39,984 nt of DNA from a virus (IMGVR_UViG_3300032318_000609:1-39984), one strand, 5' to 3'. Positions 20,501 to 28,391 are shown, counted from the stretch's first letter. The notes: generated from the sequence alone by a model not told the origin. A program made the numbers and translations.

Positions 20501-22669
20501 ACAGAGGCTTCTGCCAAGACTGGTGTTGCCCTTCCTGAAGTCACATTAGAGACAGCAGGTAAGACCGGAAGACAGGCTGCTAAGACTCTGGTCAAGGAGA
20601 GTGAGGCTTCACTCCAGAGAACGCCTCTGTTTGTTGTTAGTGAGGAGTTGTTTGGAAGTCTTGAGGCTGCAAAAAATGGCACGCTGACAGCGTTGCAGTT
20701 GGAAAGAAGAGCAATCCTCAAAGACATTAAAAGTTTGAGACTGAGGTCATTGAGCGCTGAGAAGCGTCGTGCAGATGCCAAGGAAGCGATTCAGGCTTTG
20801 ATGAAGTTGAGCGACCGTCAAGCCGCTTTGCTTGGCTTGCCTAGCAAGACCAAGATTAAATCTGCTATGGATTCAGGTAAGGCTTTGAGGGCACAGATGG
20901 TTATGGTTGAATCACTTGGTGAACAGACTGACAATGCTTGGGCAAAGATTGGAACAGAGACACAGCGTTTGAGTGAGGCTGTAACCAAGGCTGAGGTTGC
21001 ATTCGATACATCAACTCTTCTTCGTGGTACAGCAGAAGAGAACATGGACATTGTTAAGCGTCAGATTGAGACTGTTAAACAGATGGCTAAGAAGTCTACG
21101 AAACTCAATAAGACAAAGAAGGGTGACGCTGGTTGGATTGCCGGCCTTGATGAGTTGCTCGCTGACGCTGAGCACTACATGCCATTGATTGAAAACGGAA
21201 TGCTTGATGACAAGATTTCTGCTTCAATCCTTGAATACCTTGGCAAGAGGGCTGTGTTCGCTCAGGAAAGTTTGGCTTTGGATGCAGCCAAGAACGAAGT
21301 TGCAATCCTCAAGGGATTGAAGAACTTGACTTCTGAAGAACTGCAGAATGTCCGTCAACTCCGACCAGATGCAATCAACATCAAGACCGTATTTGATGAT
21401 GGCTTTGTCCAGTTGAGTGAATACTTCCCAAACATTGGTGTGCAAAAAGAGTTGGCAGAAATTGTGCAGAACGTACACCGTCTACAAGACCCTGCTGTAG
21501 TTCGTGAACTCAGCAAGTTCTTGTCTAACTACACAAGGTTCTTCAAGGCTTACGCAACATTGTCACCCGGATTCCATATTCGAAACGCAATGTCCAACGG
21601 CTTTATGTTGTTCGCAGCAGGTGGTAATGCACTACGACTGAATGAGGGTTTGAGGTGGTCACGCACTTGGACTGCTGCATCCAAAAAAGGAGACACATTT
21701 GACCAATGGATTCTCACCGTGCCTGAAGCAAGTCGTGAGAATGTTCGTAATGCGTTCCTTGCAGCCGCCGCATCTGGTGGCGGTATGACAGAAGAAGTAT
21801 TTGCTCAGGGTGCTTTGTGGGGTACAAAGACAAGTCGTAAAGTTGGTCAGCGACTTGAACAACATTCACGATTCATGTTGGCTTACGACGGTATTGCTAG
21901 TGGTATGGACTTCCACACCTCGGCAGCCCGTGTTCGTCGCTTCTTGATTGACTACGAGAATGTGTCTTCAGCAGACCAAATAATGCGTCAGGTTATTCCG
22001 TTCTGGATGTGGACAAGTCGCAACCTGCCAATGCAGGTGCAGAACATTTGGTTGAATCCACGTGCGTATCAGATGTACGGTGCTGTAAAGCGCAACCTGC
22101 GTGATGATGATGAAGATGTGGCTGTACCACAATGGATGCGTGAGATTGGTGCATTTAAGTTGCCATTTGGTGACAACATGTATGCAACACCAGACTTTGG
22201 TTTCAACAGAATTGGTGCACAGGTTGAAGAGTTCAAAGACCCAACTCGTTTGTTGTCTAACTTGAACCCAATACTTCGTTTGCCTGTTGAGTTGGCTGGT
22301 GGTCGTCAGTTGTATTCCAACAGACCATTCTCTGATACTCCTGTTGAAGTTGAAGGTGGAATATCGAGCGCTGTCCAACCTTTGTTGGAAGCGCTTGGTT
22401 ATGGTCAGACTGGACCAACTGGTAAGAAGTTTGTTGACGACAGGGCTTACTATGCGTTGCGCAACTTGTTGCCGTTCCTTGCTACAGCGGAACGACTCAA
22501 CCCATCTATTCCAACTTATCAACAGCGTGGTACTGGCAACCAGTTCCTTGGCTTCTTGGGTGCACCTGTTCGTCAAGTCACAGGTCAGATGCAGGCTGGT
22601 GAACGTACTCGTCGTGATAAAGAGTTGCAACAGGCTGTCAAGGATGAGCAGGCGTTAGAGGGTAACTGA
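14582..22669 (+). CDS. Giant (2695 aa) internal virion / DNA-ejection protein
   Basis: N-terminal GFLGDVLLDPLTY motif; C-terminal PGFHIRNAMSN...DY...IPFWMWTSRN...NP motifs typical of large podovirus ejection/polyvalent proteins; long coiled regions. Confidence 0.75.
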   Translation: MSQNDEQFIDTLRSLSSAKRLNTAPPASPDAAKNIQSQLSLRDSTISALQKAPRLGDRAGLIAQGQQTAGGGALGTVGKLLIDNPLTKTVLGGLTAVDTPRRFVISTARELVDAVDGDPLTDASFKDLFNQTKDVSYGFGTAFPMEGWGGRVVGFLGDVLLDPLTYATLGSSVPGSALVKGTNVSLRTALGAKTLAGAEGRFALARLAKQMGAADDVVKQVAARGRIALPKELAENMGVKRAGIYYFGSRVRVPLSGPVADAIQKGLVRTRLGFFDTTIGENLGKKFALRGTREQGDTSLARFNLATGKIASAREAAGQIANLGAEDTSRAYQRIAQDTAAKYINPILEDADVVPVKSTVYRLLDNAEDTWATKGIVPTPQEMRAYEKLKAAFKQMHTDVEEAFKALDPNFTLNEIKAYLPHIASDDALKLMEDGTSAYGKQIREYLSVNMTDPEGSFRSRNNRVGKEWFGKKLTQEDVDGGVVRLNEIARETTHADGSINSVPLSFDFFETDMQKIMAKYAGYYSKQVGTAKYMEELFKAGILSSGIEEISISKEAIDAARAAVVARTNARSQSLNEAFKAGKRVTTNIKTAFDDLLKKKGPLQTELQRSTQDLNDILPVDVAASNLQAARKELEDTIKSLETNWVNFKNQFDEETAILSMMEENHLELVRAHRETLATVDQLIVRYAEDTQKVIDWKKEIPTLQNKLNDIEFEMNRVGKNWENMLEDQERLMNFFDDFAADPYSALTKEGNELLGVLRSVRFGDVPKLEGEKNAFTRWAGESTGEAVKTARSAIDPRGEFGVNELGRLKYAQVREIITTGYTSGSDLRELRKAATWLVARDVILNDGVLPNTPDFLARFEKMQKLIRDAERVDEFVKNSSKVTRVQKGALIDEKDLLVHQKIVDDFQQEEERILNIIEGAYQQAEKEIVREGLDSQQARIVYDKIYREVSPERAIDEFGPLDIVNFINRQKAELQNVRTKIKDASKKVSDYYAVKNIAEDDVVKTVMSGNYRELAEELSESIAEYHIYSQVQLQFAKMTERASLLGMVPSEQMFNKLVAHIVKDDLELADNFVTSLKQVDEIVENLKANVLQYRGPDMDIYLYSQLSDIFTNPERVAEANLLRDTFPEIEAVWARHSSNLRSSRALFKDPDGEGIAFATAQMMQEFGLDPTAGAQTGRRAPRGARRVTGKGEYTADNFNSEDLARLRVTSRGSEESQIAEWDSLATKVKSNIAKLKEFAGSNKASDTQRKRIVAIVSRYEEAQKRIAKNNKAAKKALAKITGTKGARTNEAALKNIATLGDSYGVSGPLGKALNGGRYDVESFFAELVGGSKFDIRQGTRFSKLQQGKLVRVAPAREEFVNIFENEVGKLVDLDGKLVNTAGELVDDAGRRVDRQGRIINSQGQLVDGDGVPIINPKTGFPFQGDGASGGYVFGKKSPIPNQLIQKQDALISRIRQKAQVRRNKLAGVSDDADFIPMDEIRTGSVNSKGDVSWVFADNLYGPRGYANQLELQLRILDDKIKQADELAKKVKKTEKQAERVVLPRPSAVEASRTAQRSRRALVAAQKLNELESSFFYPRAVERQKFHDFLLRFAAMSEDDIENLDFGISAVDEGAVRSGMNLTREEALRVYRIDQQMVESNINRLEAELERLNYYARLGNNPNWNAITAIEVKIAGERAEFDRIQGILNLTADAKARPGLPQELRFGFTKREFRSLWIKELTKSEVTSLNNEWIALRKQLASRRLISQRIGLADNVVAENFNKISDITARMAEIDELIATNQVRENAVRKAKFLHTKFEDPAHQALMNVSDTKTVSRQKFTAASASSGDKNVIGQVQAQRSMGVINDAEYRGAVGFVGDTSVAKLEVIPVTADKALDRLIKGKSKAAGKTIGGRRAFLKEVFENSQEAKYLQRIADLRLETQSDIGARPQWATRAAELRSQKRSMIKTINRMRGEIDELNISQAVDDINNIITEASAKTGVALPEVTLETAGKTGRQAAKTLVKESEASLQRTPLFVVSEELFGSLEAAKNGTLTALQLERRAILKDIKSLRLRSLSAEKRRADAKEAIQALMKLSDRQAALLGLPSKTKIKSAMDSGKALRAQMVMVESLGEQTDNAWAKIGTETQRLSEAVTKAEVAFDTSTLLRGTAEENMDIVKRQIETVKQMAKKSTKLNKTKKGDAGWIAGLDELLADAEHYMPLIENGMLDDKISASILEYLGKRAVFAQESLALDAAKNEVAILKGLKNLTSEELQNVRQLRPDAINIKTVFDDGFVQLSEYFPNIGVQKELAEIVQNVHRLQDPAVVRELSKFLSNYTRFFKAYATLSPGFHIRNAMSNGFMLFAAGGNALRLNEGLRWSRTWTAASKKGDTFDQWILTVPEASRENVRNAFLAAAASGGGMTEEVFAQGALWGTKTSRKVGQRLEQHSRFMLAYDGIASGMDFHTSAARVRRFLIDYENVSSADQIMRQVIPFWMWTSRNLPMQVQNIWLNPRAYQMYGAVKRNLRDDDEDVAVPQWMREIGAFKLPFGDNMYATPDFGFNRIGAQVEEFKDPTRLLSNLNPILRLPVELAGGRQLYSNRPFSDTPVEVEGGISSAVQPLLEALGYGQTGPTGKKFVDDRAYYALRNLLPFLATAERLNPSIPTYQQRGTGNQFLGFLGAPVRQVTGQMQAGERTRRDKELQQAVKDEQALEGN
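18689..18832 (+). repeat. Tandem 7-aa repeat (G-x-x-[VI]-[DN]-x-x) x6 plus a partial unit inside the giant protein
   Basis: GKLVDLD GKLVNTA GELVDDA GRRVDRQ GRIINSQ GQLVDGD GVPIIN. Confidence 0.85.
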
Positions 22670-23607
22670 TGGACCTGCAAGACCTTTACAACCTTGTTGA
22701 CTTCTTGAGCAAACGAGGAGACCAACCCGGTACCGCACCTCAAGTGACTGCTCTAAGAGATGTTATGAAAGACACAGCCAAAGTTGCTGATGATTATGTT
22801 GGTGCTGGAATGGGGCAGGCTGCTTTGCGTGGGCCAGATGCATTGTCTCGTCAGATTATGTTGAATGCAATTGGTGGACTTGCTGGCGCTGGTATTGGTA
22901 CCGGGGCTGCGAAAGCCACCACAAAACTTGCACCAAAGGTTGAGGCATTGATGCAATGGATTAAGCCTAGAGATATTGGCGTTCACATATCTGGTTTTAA
23001 TGATTTACCAGAAATATTGCCAAACATCAACGTCGGTAGAGGCGCTGGACCAATTCCAGATTTTCCTTTAGTCCCAAACCAAACATACAAATTTTCTTCT
23101 AGGGATTATCTAAATAAAAAAATGACTCCAGATGCTTTAATTAGTTCTGCAGAAAGATATATTCCAAACATCGCTCCAAGAAATGATGTAGGAACAAGAA
23201 ATTTCTATGTTACAAAAAGTTTGTTGGGAAAGATGGACCCAGAGACACAGATTCTAATTGACAATATTGCAAAAGGAAATTATTCTTCTTGGTTAGTTCC
23301 ACGTAATGGAAGAATAACACCTAAGCAGGAAATCTTAAGTTCTTTACAAGTTACAACTCCAGATTATGTTGACTGGGCTGAGAGGGGTATGGTTAATCTT
23401 CCACCCAATACTCCAGTTCTTGAGTATGCAAACAAAATTCCAGACTCTCTAAGAAATAATTTGATAGAGATAATCAAAAAACAACAATCAGTTGAAAAAG
23501 TAAAGTCACTTGGAAGAGGTGCTGCTGTTGGTGGTACTGCTGTTGGAACAGCACTAACACCATTGGCTGTCGCTAGACCAGTATTGGGTTTTAACAAAAA
23601 GAAATAA
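22669..23607 (+). CDS. Putative ejected effector; possible ADP-ribosyltransferase-like central domain
   Basis: TGATG-coupled to the giant gene; Gly/Ala hydrophobic flanks; GVHIS...I.P motif; AT-rich core. Confidence 0.4.
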   Translation: MDLQDLYNLVDFLSKRGDQPGTAPQVTALRDVMKDTAKVADDYVGAGMGQAALRGPDALSRQIMLNAIGGLAGAGIGTGAAKATTKLAPKVEALMQWIKPRDIGVHISGFNDLPEILPNINVGRGAGPIPDFPLVPNQTYKFSSRDYLNKKMTPDALISSAERYIPNIAPRNDVGTRNFYVTKSLLGKMDPETQILIDNIAKGNYSSWLVPRNGRITPKQEILSSLQVTTPDYVDWAERGMVNLPPNTPVLEYANKIPDSLRNNLIEIIKKQQSVEKVKSLGRGAAVGGTAVGTALTPLAVARPVLGFNKKK

Positions 23608-23616
23608 GGAGTAGTT

Positions 23617-24138
23617 ATGGCAAAGCGTAAGTACACAGGAAACAAAGACGGGGCTGCAAAGAGTTTGCGCCCCGGCATGAAAGTGTTCATCAACGAAGTA
23701 ATCAAGTTGAGCAATGGTGCGCTCTGGAACAATGGTGACTGGGGTGTTAGACCCATGAGGGGAAAAGAGTCGCTCAGCGTCCACGCAACGGGGCGAGCAG
23801 TTGACTTGTCGTACCGTCACATGCCACCCAAGAAAGGTGTCAAGAACGGTCGTCAGGAAGCAGTACGTGTGCTTGACATTATTGTCGCCAACGCTGAGGC
23901 GTTGGGCTTAGAAGCAGCGTTTGATTATTTTGTGAAGCCACATGGTCGTGCTTGGATGTGCGACCGCAATGCTTGGCTTGTCTACAAAAAAGAAACTATT
24001 CATGGCGGTGGAACTGGGGATTGGTTGCACTTTGAGATTTCTCCTGAGATGGCTGATAACCCTGAGAAGGTGAAGCAGGCTTTTGCAAACTTGGTGATTC
24101 CTGCGGAGAGTCCGAAGAGTCCTGAAGAGCAACAGTAG
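23617..24138 (+). CDS. Endolysin, Zn D-Ala-D-Ala/M15-like (LAS) peptidase
   Basis: S-V-H-A-T-G-R-A-V-D (H-x6-D) and WLHFE Zn ligands; AGGAG SD. Confidence 0.85.
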   Translation: MAKRKYTGNKDGAAKSLRPGMKVFINEVIKLSNGALWNNGDWGVRPMRGKESLSVHATGRAVDLSYRHMPPKKGVKNGRQEAVRVLDIIVANAEALGLEAAFDYFVKPHGRAWMCDRNAWLVYKKETIHGGGTGDWLHFEISPEMADNPEKVKQAFANLVIPAESPKSPEEQQ

Positions 24139-24412
24139 GTTGTTCTAAAATCACAGTCTTGATAACCATGCCAGTTGGTATGTGTATTGGCATGCCAACT
24201 GTCTTGGGGTCTTCCACTTCATCAGGGAAATAAGAGTTGACAACTGTTATGTAGCCTTCGAGCATGTCTGGTATCAGCCAGCCTACGGTTACAACTGTTG
24301 TGTCTTCAGGTGTGTACTTCTCTAGGTCTGTCCAGCCGTTCTCACCATCAAAGGCGTCACGCCAGTGAACTACGACTAAAGCCCATTCGGATTTTACGTT
24401 CTTACTCTTCAT
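23996..24412 (-). CDS. Conserved phage hypothetical protein (V.W.DA...W...GW...IP.G motif)
   Basis: Motif pattern common in tailed phages; its 3' end overlaps the endolysin antisense. Confidence 0.65.
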   Translation of the reverse strand: MKSKNVKSEWALVVVHWRDAFDGENGWTDLEKYTPEDTTVVTVGWLIPDMLEGYITVVNSYFPDEVEDPKTVGMPIHIPTGMVIKTVILEQPTVALQDSSDSPQESPSLQKPASPSQGYQPSQEKSQSATNPQFHRHE

Positions 24413-24680
24413 AAGGATTTATCCCCTCTTCACTTAGGTGTTCTTCAATTGTTCCAATTATTCCTGATACGAATGAACTAATTTTTATCCAAGCAACTCC
24501 ACTTCCGTGGAGTGCTTCTTGCCATGTGCGACATATCTCTACTGCTGATTCATCGTTGGCACTAAGCATGATGGTGACACCGCTTTGCGTTCTCTTCTCA
24601 ATACGTTCCATGTTCTCATGCATGTCGTCTGCCTGTTCTTTCGGAATGATTCCGTAAATCCAATCGTTCTGGTCAGACAT
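24402..24680 (-). CDS. Hypothetical protein; likely start ATG 24680 (MSDQNDW)
   Basis: AAGGA SD upstream of 24680. Confidence 0.6.
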   Translation of the reverse strand: MSDQNDWIYGIIPKEQADDMHENMERIEKRTQSGVTIMLSANDESAVEICRTWQEALHGSGVAWIKISSFVSGIIGTIEEHLSEEGINPYEE

Positions 24681-24817
24681 TTTTTTTCTTCCTTTTCTTA
24701 TTAGCAACATATATACTCCCAAGGGGGAGACCGTTTTCCGATATTCCCTGACCCACAGTAACGTCGCCGTATACAGAAGCAAGAAGTGTTGCAATCGCTT
24801 GCGGGCTAACCTCAACA

Positions 24818-25201
24818 TCAAAACCCACCGTTATCTGTCGTGTCTTCAAGTCCGAGCCTTTCTCTAATAATTGGATTCTCTAAGAGGTGCAATCGTAACC
24901 GCTCGTAAGCGGCGTTGCGAAGCCTCCAAGCGTGCGGTTTGGACACGCCAAGCCGACCCCCAAGTTCCTCAAGTGAAATCATTTCTGAGTTGATTGCGTC
25001 AATAATAAATCTGTCTTGTTCGTTTAGTTTTTCGATACATTCTGCGATTGCTTCACGCAGGGGCTGGAGTTCCACAACGGACTCAACAGCGTCTTCGCCA
25101 GAGGCAGCCATCATCAAAGCCTCTATCGGCGTTTCCGGTCTCCTGTGTCCACGAAGGGTTGCTTCGTGGAACGGAGTCATTGATACTTCCCTATTCTTCA
25201 A
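24818..25201 (-). CDS. Sigma-70 region-4-like HTH protein (stand-alone)
   Basis: IEKLNEQDRFII...SLEELGGRLGVSKPHAWRLRNAAYERLR fits the sigma r4 pattern; no regions 2/3. Confidence 0.75.
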   Translation of the reverse strand: MKNREVSMTPFHEATLRGHRRPETPIEALMMAASGEDAVESVVELQPLREAIAECIEKLNEQDRFIIDAINSEMISLEELGGRLGVSKPHAWRLRNAAYERLRLHLLENPIIRERLGLEDTTDNGGF

Positions 25202-25625
25202 AGTCGTACTCTGGGTTTATCATCATGTCCATAACTTCTTCAGGCAGAAGCAAGAAACCTTTTGCTGGATTAGCAGAGTTCCAAGCAAATGTTTTCATTC
25301 TGCTCTTAGGAAGTGTTGCAATGTACCGCTTCAGTCTTTCAACTGAAACGGCAAGCATTGCACCATCAAGACAGTAGATGTACACCCACCACTTTGCTTC
25401 TGTAACTTCAAGACCACTTGGCTTCCAACCATTACCTCTTGGATTTTGTTGTGTCTCAACAACCATGCGACCATTACGGTAGCGGTCTGTCTTGACTTCA
25501 AATGAACCATCAGCAATTGATTGAAGGAAATCACGGGTGAGTTCTTCACCTTTTTTTCCAAACTTCAAGTCGTCAGAGAAGTTGTATCTGCGTTCTGCTG
25601 GGAAATCCCAGCGTGACTCTTTCAC
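25191..25625 (-). CDS. PD-(D/E)XK-family nuclease-like protein
   Basis: GKKGEE...FEVKTD...N..VE...W..SG....A.WW motif. Confidence 0.65.
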   Translation of the reverse strand: MKESRWDFPAERRYNFSDDLKFGKKGEELTRDFLQSIADGSFEVKTDRYRNGRMVVETQQNPRGNGWKPSGLEVTEAKWWVYIYCLDGAMLAVSVERLKRYIATLPKSRMKTFAWNSANPAKGFLLLPEEVMDMMINPEYDFEE

Positions 25626-25677
25626 GAAAGAAGAATGACTGCAATCACAGCCACCCCCAGTATGTACATTCCAAGTG

Positions 25678-26034
25678 TCATGCTTTCTCCAAATACAAAC
25701 AAACGATTTGCTTGTCGTCTGTATACGCTACGCCGTTCAGCGCATCAAGTACAGCCTTTGCATAGTTGTCAATGTCTCCAGTCAACTTTCCTTTGGGCTG
25801 GTCAACATCAACATTTGGTTGAACTGGCTCGATAAACAGTTCCGTTCCATGAATGGTGAACGCAAGTTTGACGGACAGCAATTCAGTCTTATACAGAGGA
25901 CCTTCATACAGTTCAGCAAACTCTTGCTCATACTTCAATGTCTCTTTTGGTGTGTACGCATGACCAGTCTTAGTCACTCGTGGTCTACCTTTCGCCTTTG
26001 GGCGAAGGGCGATTATCTGATGGAATCTGTTCAT
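25678..26034 (-). CDS. rusA: Holliday junction resolvase RusA-like
   Basis: PKAKGRPR, YTPKET, DIDNYAKAVLDALNGVAYTDDKQIV. Confidence 0.9.
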   Translation of the reverse strand: MNRFHQIIALRPKAKGRPRVTKTGHAYTPKETLKYEQEFAELYEGPLYKTELLSVKLAFTIHGTELFIEPVQPNVDVDQPKGKLTGDIDNYAKAVLDALNGVAYTDDKQIVCLYLEKA

Positions 26035-26930
26035 GGTCTAAATGCTCCTGTTGTGTCAATGCCGTAAATGTCTTCAACTATCTTCACTAATTGTTCTATG
26101 CCATCGGCACGATTGTGGAACTTACCCCAACGCTTATCAGCATCAACAAGAATTGTGTAAGCATGGTTTATTGGTGTTCCATACTCCCTCATCTTGTGAA
26201 CCAACAAGCAAAGAATGTTTGACCTATCGAGATTTCCAATTGGACCATTACGCCAGACGGTTGCAATATAAGGTGAAACATAATCAAGTGCCTGCTGTAC
26301 ATCTAGTCGTACTGAAGACATTTCAAGAGATACTTTCCTGCGAGGCTTGTGTAGTTCTGCAAGAGGTCGTAAGAGGTTCACATCAACCTTTGATTCTTCA
26401 GCACTATCCAAGAACTGTTTCAGCGTCATTGCTGAATCATTTTTCTTGAACAACATGTACCTGTTCTCTGGAATGGAATCAATCCCACCCGGATACGGAA
26501 GACGAACATAGTTTCCCAGTCCATTTGATTCTTCCTGCTTGGGGTTTACTTCTTTGGCTGGTAGTCCAATGGCTTCATGTGCCGACAGAAATGCTCGGCG
26601 CATGATTGATGCTGGAATCCAGTCGTCAGCAAACACCCACACGTGGTAGCCACGACGAGTTTTCTCCACGAATGATGAAATACTTTTCATGGCGAATGCT
26701 GTTTGTAGGTTTCGTGCTGAGTCAAGGTCGTCAATGTCAATGTCGGTACAGCCCCAACGGACAGTTGATTCATCCGTCAGGGGGTAGATACCAATGAGTT
26801 CTTCGCCGTACAAATGTTTGGCAAATGTTTCATAAAACACTGGTGACTTCTTTGAACCACCTTCCCATGTTCCATATGCATCAGTTCTTCCACCAAAGAG
26901 AGACATAAATGTTTCAATTGCATCATTCAT
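26031..26930 (-). CDS. Archaeo-eukaryotic primase (AEP)/prim-pol
   Basis: HL.G...IGIYP, motif I CTDID, motif II TRRGYHVWVF, PKQ...GNYVRLP; helical C-terminal domain. Confidence 0.85.
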   Translation of the reverse strand: MNDAIETFMSLFGGRTDAYGTWEGGSKKSPVFYETFAKHLYGEELIGIYPLTDESTVRWGCTDIDIDDLDSARNLQTAFAMKSISSFVEKTRRGYHVWVFADDWIPASIMRRAFLSAHEAIGLPAKEVNPKQEESNGLGNYVRLPYPGGIDSIPENRYMLFKKNDSAMTLKQFLDSAEESKVDVNLLRPLAELHKPRRKVSLEMSSVRLDVQQALDYVSPYIATVWRNGPIGNLDRSNILCLLVHKMREYGTPINHAYTILVDADKRWGKFHNRADGIEQLVKIVEDIYGIDTTGAFRP

Positions 26931-27951
26931 AAAGGTTTCCCTGCTGATATTGAAGAGGCAACGCTCCGTTCAGGTCGGTCAGTCTTCCTGTGCGTGGGTC
27001 TAACTCAAAGTCAATGTCGTCAACAAGTTGTCCTGCTGGTCGCTTGTTCTTGAGTAGTGACACGGTGACTGTGTGTTCATGGATTCGAGCCTCATGACGC
27101 AGATAATCCAATCTGTCCTGTGCTCGCTCTGAGTGCGAACGGTCAAGTTTCTCAATCAGTTCATTTATCTCCGCAGCAATTTGATACTTCTTGCGACGGA
27201 CACCAATGATTGATGTTGCTTGTTGTTCACCACCATACGAACCTGAACTCATGGTCATCTTCTTCCCATCAGCACCTGCGGTGCGTGATGTTTGGTGTAG
27301 CACCAACATTGGAATGTCATGACGCCGACCAAACCCTTTGAGGAATGTTGCTTTGTCGGGTACGGTTTCGCCTGCTTCTACCAAATCTAGATAGTCAACG
27401 ACTACAAGTTCAGGTACTTGACCCCACACATCACACACCTCGTTGTAGGCACGTTCCATGTCGGATGAAGTTAGTGGCTGGTCAAACACGGCAAGATGAG
27501 GAAAGTCTTCCTCTGCTGTACGGCGTAGCAAGTCAATGGCTTCTTTGTCATCTGATGCTACTCGTGCTTCCAGTTCTCGTGCATCAATTCCATGATGCAT
27601 ACAGGCGAGTTTGGTCAATACGAGTTGGCGTGGCTCGTCAGGTATAAACATTGCAATGTGTTTGTCACGATTGTTGCGGAGTGTGTGCAACAGTAAGAGT
27701 GTCTTACCGCCGTGTGCAAACCCCAACATCATGGCGATTTCGCCCGGTGCAATGCCTCGTAGTTCTTTATCTATCTGGTTGATACCAAGATGTACACGGT
27801 CTTGCGGTGACTGTGCCCAACGCACGAATGAGTCGGCTGCTTCTGCAAGTGGTGTGTACATTCTGTAGTCAGAAAGAGAAGGTGGGACAACAGTTGCCCG
27901 TTGCCCCACCGTTTCCCAACCAGCAGATATTTCTTCTGCTGACAGTCTCAT
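26923..27951 (-). CDS. DnaB/SF4-like replicative helicase
   Basis: Walker A GFAHGGKT, Walker B VVVDYLD, LHQTSR, GGEQQA, LKNKR. Confidence 0.88.
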   Translation of the reverse strand: MRLSAEEISAGWETVGQRATVVPPSLSDYRMYTPLAEAADSFVRWAQSPQDRVHLGINQIDKELRGIAPGEIAMMLGFAHGGKTLLLLHTLRNNRDKHIAMFIPDEPRQLVLTKLACMHHGIDARELEARVASDDKEAIDLLRRTAEEDFPHLAVFDQPLTSSDMERAYNEVCDVWGQVPELVVVDYLDLVEAGETVPDKATFLKGFGRRHDIPMLVLHQTSRTAGADGKKMTMSSGSYGGEQQATSIIGVRRKKYQIAAEINELIEKLDRSHSERAQDRLDYLRHEARIHEHTVTVSLLKNKRPAGQLVDDIDFELDPRTGRLTDLNGALPLQYQQGNLYE

Positions 27952-28391
27952 TACTTGGCTCGTGGTGGCCAGTAAGCCTTCTCAGCATCTACTGCTTTGA
28001 AGGATGGTCGCTTCGGGTTGAGTTCCAAACCGTCACGATTGTCGTACACCTTGCTTACACCATCACGCTTGCACGCTTTGATGAGCCACTCTGGAATTGG
28101 ACCGTGTTGCTTGCCAACAATGGTTACACCTGTGAATGGTGCTGGGCTTGCTGAAGTCACAACTTGTGTAGCACCCAACTCTTCTTTGATTTTCTCAACG
28201 ATGTAGTTGTTCTGCTCAATTGCTGTTGCTTCTGCTTGTACACCATAGATGGTTTCCATCATGATGTTGTTGATTGAGTCAAACAAGAGTGCGAACTCAC
28301 CGAGTTTCTCGGCTGTGCCTGCGCTCTTGTCTACTAAGTCAGCAGAAATCTTTGCTGACACTTGGGTAATGATTGCTCTGTCCTTATCCAT
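27951..28391 (-). CDS. Probable ssDNA-binding protein with PDF-like motif; likely start ATG 28391
   Basis: C-terminal YDNR....NPKRPSFK......YW; between nuclease and helicase; GGAGG SD. Confidence 0.55.
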   Translation of the reverse strand: MDKDRAIITQVSAKISADLVDKSAGTAEKLGEFALLFDSINNIMMETIYGVQAEATAIEQNNYIVEKIKEELGATQVVTSASPAPFTGVTIVGKQHGPIPEWLIKACKRDGVSKVYDNRDGLELNPKRPSFKAVDAEKAYWPPRAK

